12,326 nt of DNA from Octopus sinensis (lineage: Eukaryota): positions 1-12,326 of the forward strand of contig NW_021826759.1 in NCBI RefSeq assembly GCF_006345805.1, written 5' to 3'. Position 1 is the stretch's first letter. Every line of letters starts with the position of its first letter. The notes below the pieces were generated by a model. It was not told the DNA's origin. It worked only from the letters and a program-made list of their open reading frames with translations, and ran no database searches. Of the stretch, positions 1-9,171 are shown in pieces. The position numbers were made by a program, and so were the translations under genes.

Positions 1-252
1 GTATGTATTATATACATTCATATGTATACGTGTATATATATATATACATTCATGTATAGATATATGTATATACATATATACTTATATGTACATTCATATT
101 TAGTTCTATGTATATATATATATGCATATAAATATATGATATATATACGTACATAGATGCATACATATATATGTGTTTGTGTGTGTAAATACATGTATAT
201 GCATGCATATATATATATGTGTTAATAAATAACGATATACATAGATATATAT

Positions 253-284
<32 letters not shown>

Positions 285-355
285 CACACACACATACACA
301 CACACACATACACACACACACACAGAGGCAAACCCACACACTCACATACATTCAA
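1..355. repeat. Degenerate (TA)n/(CA)n microsatellite tract
   Basis: Seen directly: alternating TA runs grading into CA runs. Confidence 0.95.
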
Positions 356-462
356 ACACATAGATATAAGATCACTCAAAAAAAAGTTCTTTCCTGCAAT
401 ATATCTTTGTATTGTTTAAAATTAATATTTAAATTTAAAAGATCGGCTTATCTATTTAATTT

Positions 463-482
463 TTATTATCATTATTATCATA

Positions 483-550
<68 letters not shown>

Positions 551-551
551 T

Positions 552-616
<65 letters not shown>

Positions 617-663
617 TATTGTTATTATTATTATTATCATCACCATCATCATCATCATTACTA

Positions 664-694
<31 letters not shown>

Positions 695-727
695 CATTAT
701 TATCATTATTATTATTATTATTATTAT
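463..727. repeat. (TTA)n/(TCA)n trinucleotide microsatellite
   Basis: Seen directly. It explains the poly-Y/H and poly-I ORFs at 407..844 and 452..706. Confidence 0.97.
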
Positions 728-967
728 TTTATTTACCCATATTCTTTTAGTTTTACATTTTATTCTTCTTTATGTTATCCTTTCCAAACGATTCAGAGAT
801 TTGAATTATTGCAGGGAACGTCGTTGATCGATCTTGATATATAGATTTTTTTTTTTACTATGGGCTTTTTTGAGATTTTCAGATTTTAGTTTATTTTATA
901 AATTTTACTAATTTTGATTATTGTTCATTTATTTATTTTTTGATACTTAATTTACGTATTGTTTCAG

Positions 968-1053
968 AAAGATTAAGAAGTATACAGAAAGAAAAGAAAG
1001 ATAATGATTTAGATGGGGAGATTAAGAATTTCCGTCTTATCAACAGTATTTAG
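968..1053 (+). other. Candidate small exon (unconfirmed)
   Basis: T-rich tract with a branch-like cttaat, then ttcag| at 967. One frame is open (x-RLRSIQKEKKDNDLDGEIKNFRLINSI*, TAG at 1051-1053). A weak donor A|GTATTT after 1045 would give a 78-nt symmetric exon. I recognise no homology. Confidence 0.2.
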
Positions 1054-1219
1054 GTGTCTGAAAATTTATTCTCTAAAAAAAAAACGTTAAGCTCTTCATG
1101 GCGAAAATTCTTTATCGGTAACTGACTTAAATGTGCGGATACACATTCGTCATTATGTGTGTGCGTGCATAATACTGTGCGTGTGTGTATGGATGTGTGG
1201 ATGTGTGGTTGTATGTCTT

Positions 1220-1390
1220 GGCGCAGGTCTGGCTACCTGGTTAAGGAGTTCGGAGTACAAGCGCTTGGTTTCTCGTTGAATACCACAGCGCGGAAATTGA
1301 CTTCTTGTACAGGTACGGAATGGCCACGGAACGACCGATGCCTATGGAGAGAATTTGGTTGATAGAAACGGTGTGCGATCTCGATGTGTA
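1220..1390 (+). mobile_element. Old, highly diverged tRNA-derived SINE (same family as 7129-7286)
   Basis: Starts ggcgcaggtctggctacctggttaag (A-box-like). It aligns by eye to the 7129 copy through tggtt..gtt..ccac.gcg.gg and gaccga.gcct..gag..atttggt.ga..gaaac.g, and is followed by a TA/CA tail. Confidence 0.7.
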
Positions 1391-1620
1391 TACGTATACA
1401 CACACACACACAGACCCACACAGGCACATACATACACACACGAACACACAAACACATGCGCACACACCCATACAAACATGCATTCACAGATATACACATA
1501 TATACTCACACATATATGTGTAAATACACACACTGCGTGTACACACATGCGTACACGACCACACACATACACACACATATATAATATATAGGTACACACA
1601 CACACATGAATATATATATA
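1391..1620. repeat. Degenerate (CA)n tract
   Basis: Seen directly. Confidence 0.9.
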
Positions 1621-1732
1621 ATTTCTTAATTTTACAAGCATATGTTTGACAGCAACATCCAAAATTGGGCTTTCTCTCATTCTAACAAATGTGCTTTTAT
1701 ACACCTTGACAAAAAAATTTTAATCTGCGTCA

Positions 1733-1968
1733 TGTATGTATATATATATATAGATATATAATATATATATATATATATATGCATATATATATATATACAT
1801 ATATCACACATACCCATATAGATATATATGTGTGTATAATATATATTGTTACATGCTACATACATGTACACGTATATAAATATCATATAAACTAAATATA
1901 TATTAACATGTATATGTATATGCATGTATACATGTATGTTGTATATATGTATGTAATATATATATATT

Positions 1969-2000
<32 letters not shown>

Positions 2001-2075
2001 TTATATATAGTATATGTATATATATATATATATATCAATATATTACATATACATCTATTATATATATATATATAG

Positions 2076-2107
<32 letters not shown>

Positions 2108-2155
2108 CATCTATATATCATATATATATATATCACGTACACACACAACACAGAC
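1733..2155. repeat. Degenerate (TA)n tract
   Basis: Seen directly. Confidence 0.95.
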
Positions 2156-2228
2156 ATGACGTGTGGTTTTCAGTTTCTTCCTATTGGCCAGCTCACCGCT
2201 TGGCAGTAATGTTGTTTTATTCTCTCAG

Positions 2229-2368
2229 CTGGCTCTTCTTTTATTGACCCCGAAAGGGTCAAGTGCAAGGTCGACCTCAGCCGAATTTGAACTCAGAACG
2301 AAAAGACGCACGAAATGCCGTCAAGCATTTCGTCCGGCGTGCTTACGGTTCTGCCAGATCACCGCCTT
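2229..2368 (-). mobile_element. tRNA-derived SINE, moderately diverged (same family as 6016-6160 and 6185-6413)
   Basis: On the minus strand it begins aaggcggtgatctggcagaaccgtaag (A-box-like) and has B-box GAGTTCAAATTC (plus strand 2283-2294). It aligns to 6290-6410 over gaccccgaaagg..aaggtcgacctc.gc.gaatttgaactcaga. Confidence 0.85.
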
Positions 2369-2782
2369 TGTAGGTAAGCATATTGATAAACTTGTCTGAG
2401 CCATTGTCAATTCATGTTACACAAAATAGAGGTATTTTGGAACATGTTCTTTTCAACAAAAATGTTGTACCTCGTGCACGCGATACCACTCGAACAACAG
2501 AACGCATCCATTTTCTCAAATGGAAAACGCATAAATCACCACACGTTTTACTACTCTGGAAGCACAACATTCTAGATAGTCTAGCAAGAAACTTATTTAT
2601 TTATTTATTTATGATTATCATTTTATTCATTTATTTATTTGTAATAAGACGCGCTTTAGAGGAATCTCCATGGTATACGTGGTGTACCTGCATGTTACGA
2701 TATTTCGTGCGTTTGGCAATCCAGCTTCGATGGGATTGCATACACACGTTCCGCATTACACACTGGAGTATCATATGTAAAT

Positions 2783-3170
2783 TTATACACACGTAACTGT
2801 GTACACACACACCACACACACACACACCACACACACACTCACACACACACACACACATACACACATATATATGAAATGAAGTTATGTTTTCTGCCGACAT
2901 GGCGTTTCACAGCTAACATTATGTATGTATGTATGTATGTATGTATGCATGTATACATATATACATATACAGGTATTAAAATATATATTTATGGATATCT
3001 ATATATATACATATATATAATATACATATATATATATATATATATATGTATACATATATATATATAAGTATATATATATATATATATGTATGTGTATGTT
3101 TGTATCTTAATTTTTATAAATACATGTGATTTTATATACCATATACAAACATTTATATATGTGAGTGTGA

Positions 3171-3204
<34 letters not shown>

Positions 3205-3275
3205 TCATATATATTCATATATATATATTACATATATATTTGTGTGTGTGTCTACACATATATGTATATACATAC
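2783..3275. repeat. (CA)n, (TATG)n and (TA)n tracts with a short unique spacer
   Basis: Seen directly. Confidence 0.9.
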
Positions 3276-3618
3276 AAACAAATGATTGTTGAAGTTAACG
3301 TTACTATTGCGGAGGTAACGCATTTTTACACAACCTCTTCACCACCGACCTTATAACACCTAAGACTGTTTCGGCAAATATTCTCTGTCGTTACCATATG
3401 CACGGTCAGTGCTTAGCAACGGCTGGTGGAGTATACGTTCACCATAGTTCGCTGCCTGTATGGTAATGCCAACGTATGCAATATATCGAACAACATCAAC
3501 AACATTAGTTTGTTGTGGGTGTTTCATAAATGTCTTGACTAACAGGAAAGCTACATATTCAAGTATCAGCGATATGCAAGGAAAGGATTTCTTCTCAGAA
3601 GATTTTACATATATACAG

Positions 3619-3712
3619 AGATAGATAGTTAGATAGATGGAGGGAGGGAGAGAGGGAGCACAAATGTGATAAAGAGACAGAGATAGATAGATAGATAACT
3701 AGATAGATGGAC

Positions 3713-3800
<88 letters not shown>

Positions 3801-3807
3801 TATAGAT
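3619..3807. repeat. (GATA)n tetranucleotide microsatellite
   Basis: Seen directly; long perfect run at ~3717-3800. Confidence 0.97.
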
Positions 3808-3879
3808 GAAATGAGGAGGGAAAGACAAAAAAGTAGACGCTATGTATGCACCTTCATATCTCTATGTGAAACTAGGAAG

Positions 3880-4680
3880 TGTGTATATATATGCATATAT
3901 ATTTATATATGAAAGTAGAAAAATATATATATATATACTTATCTGAAACTAGAAAAATATATGTATGCATACATGTATATATAACTAAAATATAGATATA
4001 TGTGTGTGTGTGTGTATACATATATATATTTATCTATATACTTATAAATGTCTATATATATATATATATTTGTATATACTTGCATGTATATAAATATGCA
4101 TATAAATATGTTTCTACATACTTATAAATATCTATATATATATGCATATATATGTTTGTATATACATATAAATGCCTGTATATATATATAAATATATATA
4201 TATATATGCATATATGTTGTATTTATATACATTTATATCTCTTATATATATTATATATGTGTGTGTGTGTGTGTGTGTGCATTTATGTGTGTGTGTACTA
4301 TATATATATATACATACATATATTTGTATATATATATACATAAGAATATATATATATAAGCATATGTGTATATATGAATACACATTGCACACGCATACCT
4401 ATATATAACCACACACCCATACATGTAAACATATAAAACCTACATAGGCATCGGTTTATATATATTGTATGCAGTTGTGTGCAAATCGAACGCTTCCTCC
4501 ATACACACATACACTCTTATACACAACGAATTACGTAAAGGCACACACATTAACACTCGTGCATATGTCTACATAATCGAGAGTTTATATATAAACATTT
4601 ATACGTATATCTGCACGTATAAATATTTTTTCTTTATGCGTGTGTCCATTATTTTTATATACATGTATGTACGTATGTAT
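3880..4680. repeat. TA/TG-rich low-complexity tract
   Basis: Seen directly. It includes short degenerate repeats such as tgaaa(c/g)tag at 3867, 3910 and 3944. Confidence 0.85.
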
Positions 4681-5109
4681 GATGAAAACCTTGCTAAGGA
4701 CATTAGCAGGTGAATGTGGAATATAACCAGGAGACAAAATTATGCTTAATGTTACTGCAGTTCGATATAATGACATACAATGTGAGATAACTGGCGGAAG
4801 GGAATGGGAGAGAGACTCAACGCCGTAGAGAGCGAAAGTCTGAGGGAGAGATTGAGAGGGTTTAATGTGCAACTGGGAATATATAAAAGAACTCAATATA
4901 CAAATCATCGGAACCAAGAAAACAAAACTTATTTGGTTAAATCCACCTTTGATCATGAATATAGCGTCAAACATAGCTATAAATTTATTAGTATGAATAC
5001 AAAAACATTTTCACTTTAACCATATATACTACAAATTTATGAATAAAAATGAATAACATATAAGTTAGTTTTAGCTGTAGCGCAAACATCACTAGATTCA
5101 TCGAATACA

Positions 5110-5810
5110 TTGTATACCTAGAAACGTAACCAAACCCTAAACTGCCATCAAAGTATAACTACCATAAGCCAAGATTTTTTGGTGTTTTTTTTTGTTTTGT
5201 TTTTTTGCTAAATGGTAAATAGTGATTGATAAAGACCATAGCGGATCGAAGTTACATAGCAAAAAATCACTATGAGAAAATGGCAGGAAAAAAGCGAATA
5301 GCAAACTGCCATCACACAGAAAATACTTGAAATGAGAAAGCCGCGCCGAACATTATAGTGTTTTCCAGAAAACAAGTTACAGGGATTATAGTGTAATATG
5401 AAGGGGACGACCTTGTCGCACACACATATTGTCGCTGGTTATAAGTGAAAATTTAAAAGTAAAAAGCATTCTGTCATCTCGCAGAAATTATGTAGCAACG
5501 AGAAAACTGTACAGAAAGATCAACACGTTTTCTAGAAAATAATTTTCTATATGAATTATAGCTACACTTCGAAGGGGTTGGTTCTGATACACATTGTGTG
5601 TCTCTCAGATTTTATGAAAATTTGGAAGCAAAAATGTATTGCATCAGTAGACGGAAAATACGTTAATACGAGAACGAAAATACAGAACAAAGCAGAATTT
5701 TTTTTAGAAAGAATCTACAAGAATTATAGCTGTAATTAAACGGAGATCATTTTGTCACACACACACACACATCGCGTTTGAAATTTTAAAAGTAAAACTT
5801 AGAAGAAAAT
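5110..5810. repeat. Cryptic degenerate tandem repeat, period ~168 bp, about 4 units
   Basis: Landmarks recur at 164-172 bp spacing: ctg(c/t)catc-like at 5142/5306/5471/5638; gaaaa(t)/gaaat at 5276/5447/5616/5780; gagaa at 5334/5500/5670; agaaa at 5367/5534/5706; attatag at 5385/5555/5723. Confidence 0.7.
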
Positions 5811-5842
5811 TGAGAGCAAGCACCAGATTTTAAAATAAACAC

Positions 5843-5938
5843 GGGGATCGGTTTGTTCAACTAAAACCCTTCAGAAAGTGCTCCAGCATTGCCGCAGAGC
5901 AATGGCTGATACAAGTAACAACAAAACAAAACAAAACA
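5843..5938 (+). mobile_element. 3'-end fragment of a SINE with (CAAAA)n tail
   Basis: ggggatcggtttgttcaactaaaacccttc..gtgctccagcattgccgcag..aatggctgatacaagtaa followed by acaaaacaaaacaaaac. It matches my recollection of a common octopus SINE 3' end (unverified). Confidence 0.5.
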
Positions 5939-6015
5939 ATATTTTAATTGTTAAGGTGCCTGTGATTGTCAAATGTTCGGAGCATTGGTGTCACATGCCC
6001 ATCAATTTAGGGGAA

Positions 6016-6160
6016 ACCCCAGTGCTTAGTTGGTTCTTATTTTATTGTCCCCCTAAGGATAAAAGCCGAAGTGGACCTAGGCAGAATTTGAACGTAGAAC
6101 GGACGAAATGCCGCTTAGAATTATGCCCGACGTGCTAACGATTCTGCCACCTCACAGCTT
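6016..6160 (-). mobile_element. Old diverged tRNA-derived SINE
   Basis: Aligns to the adjacent younger copy (ccccagt..., aagg, gacct.ggc.gaatttgaac, gacgaaat.ccgct, gtgctaacg.ttctgcca) with many substitutions. Confidence 0.8.
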
Positions 6161-6184
6161 TAAATGTACAGAATATTAATCACT

Positions 6185-6413
6185 AATACCTATTTCTTTA
6201 CTACCCACAAGGGGCTAAACACAGAGAGGACAAACAAGGACAGACAAAAGGATTAAGCCGATTATATCGACCCCAGTACGTAACTGGTACTTATTTAATC
6301 GACACCGAAAGGATGAAAGGCAAAGTCGACCTCGGCGGAATTTGAACTCAGACTGACGAAATACCACTAAGCATTTCTCCCGGCGTGCTAACGTTTCTGC
6401 CACCTCACAGCTT
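6185..6413 (-). mobile_element. Young, near full-length tRNA-derived SINE
   Basis: On the minus strand: A-box-like tggcagaaacgttagc, B-box GAGTTCAAATTC (plus strand 6338-6349), central gtcgactttgcctttcatcctttcggtgtcgattaaataagtacc (resembles a Meta-type SINE central domain, from memory), and a 3' tail at ~6185-6200. Confidence 0.9.
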
Positions 6414-7128
6414 TAAATGTACAGAATATTAATCGCTGATACTGAGATGAAAATACGTAGAGGCTGCGTTTTTCAGATATGCCGTGAGTATTTAACTGGG
6501 TACGGTTAATATGGACGTATGTTAGAAGGGTGGATGTGTACCAGAATAAACTGATCGCAGAACATAATGTCTTGTGAGAATTTAGTTCTTTCTAAGATTC
6601 GTTATAAGACGTAAATCACAATAATTTACTGCTAAAATATGGCAATTAAAAACAATTGTAGCTGAAGAATTTAATTTTAATATCACAATCTAATTCCTTC
6701 TGTCATTAGAGAAATAAAATTTAGTAATAAATAGACTTTATTATTTTAATGACAGCTAGCGAGTGTTAAAGAAATGACAGCAGATGCATATATATTCGTG
6801 TGTGTAATTGTGTATAACACACGTTCTCACACGCATAAATACACACATACACACACAATTACACGCACACACATATATATATAGGGGGTTGAGTCTCTAA
6901 CTTCAATCCAAAGCATGTAATGCATACGAAAGATGTATAGTTGAAAGCCAATAACAAATCCGTTCTGTGATAAATCTTCCATTTTTATGAGAGTTACTTG
7001 GAAAGACAGTACATCCATGCCATACGTATCTTAATTATACAGTTTTTAATTTCTGTTAAAATGCATGCTTCGATCTAAAAGCCAAGTGTCATCTCTTGAT
7101 ATATACCTGTGTGTGTGTGTGTGTATGT

Positions 7129-7286
7129 GTGACTGAGTGGTAAGTAGCTTGCTTACCAACCACATGGTTCCGGATTCAGTCCCACTGCATGGCACCTTGG
7201 GCATCTGTTTTCTGCTACAGCCTCGGGCCAACCAAAGCCTTGTGAGTAGATTTGGTAGACGGAAACTGATAGAAGCCCGTCGTATA
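7129..7286 (+). mobile_element. tRNA-derived SINE with CORE-like central segment
   Basis: A-box-like tgactgagtggt (7130-7141), B-box-like ggattcagtccc (7172-7183), gcaccttgggca (7192-7203, similar to the CORE-SINE motif gaccttgggcaag), then a (TG)n tail. Confidence 0.85.
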
Positions 7287-7310
7287 TGTGTGTGTGTTTG
7301 TGAGTGTGGT

Positions 7311-7320
7311 ATAGATAGGG

Positions 7321-7363
<43 letters not shown>

Positions 7364-7399
7364 AGATGATACATTGATTGATTGATAGATTGATTGATT

Positions 7400-7446
<47 letters not shown>

Positions 7447-7487
7447 TGATTGATTGATTGATAGATTGATTGATAGATAGATAGTTG
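7311..7487. repeat. (GATA)n/(GATT)n microsatellite
   Basis: Seen directly. Confidence 0.97.
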
Positions 7488-7593
7488 ATAAAGTTGGAGT
7501 CAAATAAGAGGAGTACGGAGAAACATTTATTTGTAACCACTACAATTGTTTCTGCAGGTAATTGGTTATGTAACCCTGCTTTATGAGGTCTAC

Positions 7594-7646
7594 TGTATGT
7601 ATGTATGTATGTATGTATGTATGTATGTATGTATGTATGTATGTAT
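7594..7646. repeat. (GTAT)n microsatellite
   Basis: Seen directly. Confidence 0.97.
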
Positions 7647-7649
7647 ATA

Positions 7650-8239
7650 CTAGCAGCTAAGCCCTGTTTCACCTGGTCGGTTTGGATTATGTAGCTGTAA
7701 GCATTCTTCTTCATTGGGCACGCTTACGTTAAAAAACAACTTTAGAATTACTTTTTCCCATCAAAACGCTAAAAATAACTGACCAACAAAGAAAAAACAA
7801 CCAAATCAAAAAATAAGCGCAAATATTAAGCGAACAAAGATGAACCATCCAACTTCCACACACATACACACATTCACACTCTCCCACAAACACACACACA
7901 TTCACATAAATCCCTTTTACATTCACATACATATATTCATACAGAGTTGAAACGCTGTTTGATTTCTTTTTTCTGCGTACAATTTTCATCATCCTTCTAC
8001 CAAGAATGACATCACCCCTTATTCAGCTATCACTCCTTCCTTTCTCACTCATAAACACAGGAGTACTATTATAGTAGATTATCTCGGTAACCATGGGAAC
8101 TATGAAAAAATTCAAAGCCCAGCAACACCACCGGATCATTCTACACATCTGTGTAATTTTTCGCGCAGTTCTACCCAGCCGCTTGACCGTGAATCCCAAG
8201 ACAAGAAAGAATCGCCCATGTCAAATTTATATGTAAAGA
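7650..8239 (-). mobile_element. Probable non-autonomous Helitron (~590 bp)
   Basis: On the minus strand it starts 5'-TCTTTACATATAAA (8239) and ends CTAG-3' (7650) followed by T. A degenerate GC-rich hairpin accaggtgaaacagggc ends 11 nt from the 3' terminus. These are the established Helitron hallmarks. The 5' flank is G rather than A, and the hairpin is imperfect. Confidence 0.5.
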
Positions 8240-8280
8240 CACACACACACACACACACACGCATGGACACACACACACAT
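8240..8280. repeat. (CA)n microsatellite
   Basis: Seen directly. Confidence 0.95.
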
Positions 8281-8396
8281 GCCCCTAAAACTATATGAGC
8301 GCATCTACACACCCATATGTAGAACTATGTACTTGCACAAGCCGCCACTTCCTACTCCTCCTCACCTAACAATATCAACTTGACCGATTTTGCTGG

Positions 8397-8523
8397 TGAT
8401 GACGACGACGACAACGACTACCATGGTGATGAGGATCATGATGACGATCCCAATCACGGTGACAAAGATGGTTGTGGCGCAGATGATGGTGACGAAGGTT
8501 ATGGTTATGATGATGGTGATGAT
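8397..8523. repeat. Degenerate (GAT/GGT/GAC)n tract
   Basis: Seen directly. Confidence 0.85.
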
Positions 8524-8740
8524 TAGAATGAATTTTAATTTACGCTTAAGACTTTCCATATTTTAAGATTTCATTGCCCAAGACGACGTAGAAGCTGGGA
8601 AAAGAGATTTCGATGGAATCTCTTTAAATAAGATGAAAGTCTTTAAATGCTGTAAAACCTGACCCACCTGTCTCGCTAATGACATGGAAATTACACCTTA
8701 CAATACAACACCTTGGCTCTTGAATTAAAGGAATATCGAT

Positions 8741-9171
8741 AGCAACGACAACGGTGATAGTGGTTGTGGTGGTGGTGGTGGTGGTGGTGGTGATTTAGTA
8801 GCGGGGAGTAGCGGTGATGATGGTGATTTTGAAGGCGGTGGTGGTGGTGGCAACGACGGTGGAGGCGGCGGCGATGGTGATGATGGTGGTGTTGATTTTG
8901 GTTTTAGTGGTGGTGGTGGTGGTAGCTGTGGTGATGGCGATTATATTGGTTGTGGTGGTGGCGGTGGTGATGGCGGTTGTAGTGGTAGTGGTGTTGGTGG
9001 CGGCGGTGGCAGCGGCGGCGGCAGCGTTGGTAGTGGCGACTGTGGTAGCAGCGGTGGTGGTGGTAGTGGTGCTGGTGGTGGTGAAGGTGGTGGTGGTAGC
9101 GGTAATGATAGTGATTATAATGGTAGTGGTGGTGGCGGCTGCAGCAGAAGTATGGTGGCGGTAGCGGCGGT
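8741..9171. repeat. Degenerate (GGT/GGC)n trinucleotide tract
   Basis: Seen directly. It is the source of the poly-V/A ORF 8814..9164. Confidence 0.95.

Noticed and set aside
2383-2796. 137-aa plus-strand ORF
   Set aside because: It spans a (TTTA)n tract, I recognise no homology, and it has no ATG at the annotated start.
3299-3466. Short frame containing CRYHMHGQC, reminiscent of a CCCH zinc-finger start
   Set aside because: The third Cys and correctly spaced His are absent, the frame is bounded by stops, and there are no splice sites.
4585-4974. 129-aa minus-strand ORF with non-repetitive composition
   Set aside because: No recognisable domain, no convincing splice sites, and the C-terminal part runs into TA/TG repeat. 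An ORF of this length can arise by chance.
6465-6489. ttttcag ATATGCC gtgagt, a possible 7-nt microexon
   Set aside because: Frameshifting length, short tract and no supporting context.
2229-7286. A/B-box-containing segments as genuine tRNA genes
   Set aside because: No cloverleaf or anticodon arm can be built, and they continue into SINE body and tail sequence in multiple diverged copies.
7545-7563. ttgtttctgcag|gtaatt, resembling a recursive splice site
   Set aside because: Short pyrimidine tract. A single such motif is expected by chance, and it cannot be evaluated without nascent RNA data.
8546-8596. Minus-strand acceptor followed by FYVVLGNEILKYGKS, loosely like an OSBP-related PH-domain strand
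   Set aside because: An in-frame TAA follows immediately, and all three frames of the 51-nt candidate exon contain stops.
8548-8642. Short inverted repeats (aagactttc/gaaagtctt and aaagagatt/aatctcttt)
   Set aside because: 9-bp stems in AT-rich DNA are not distinguishable from chance.
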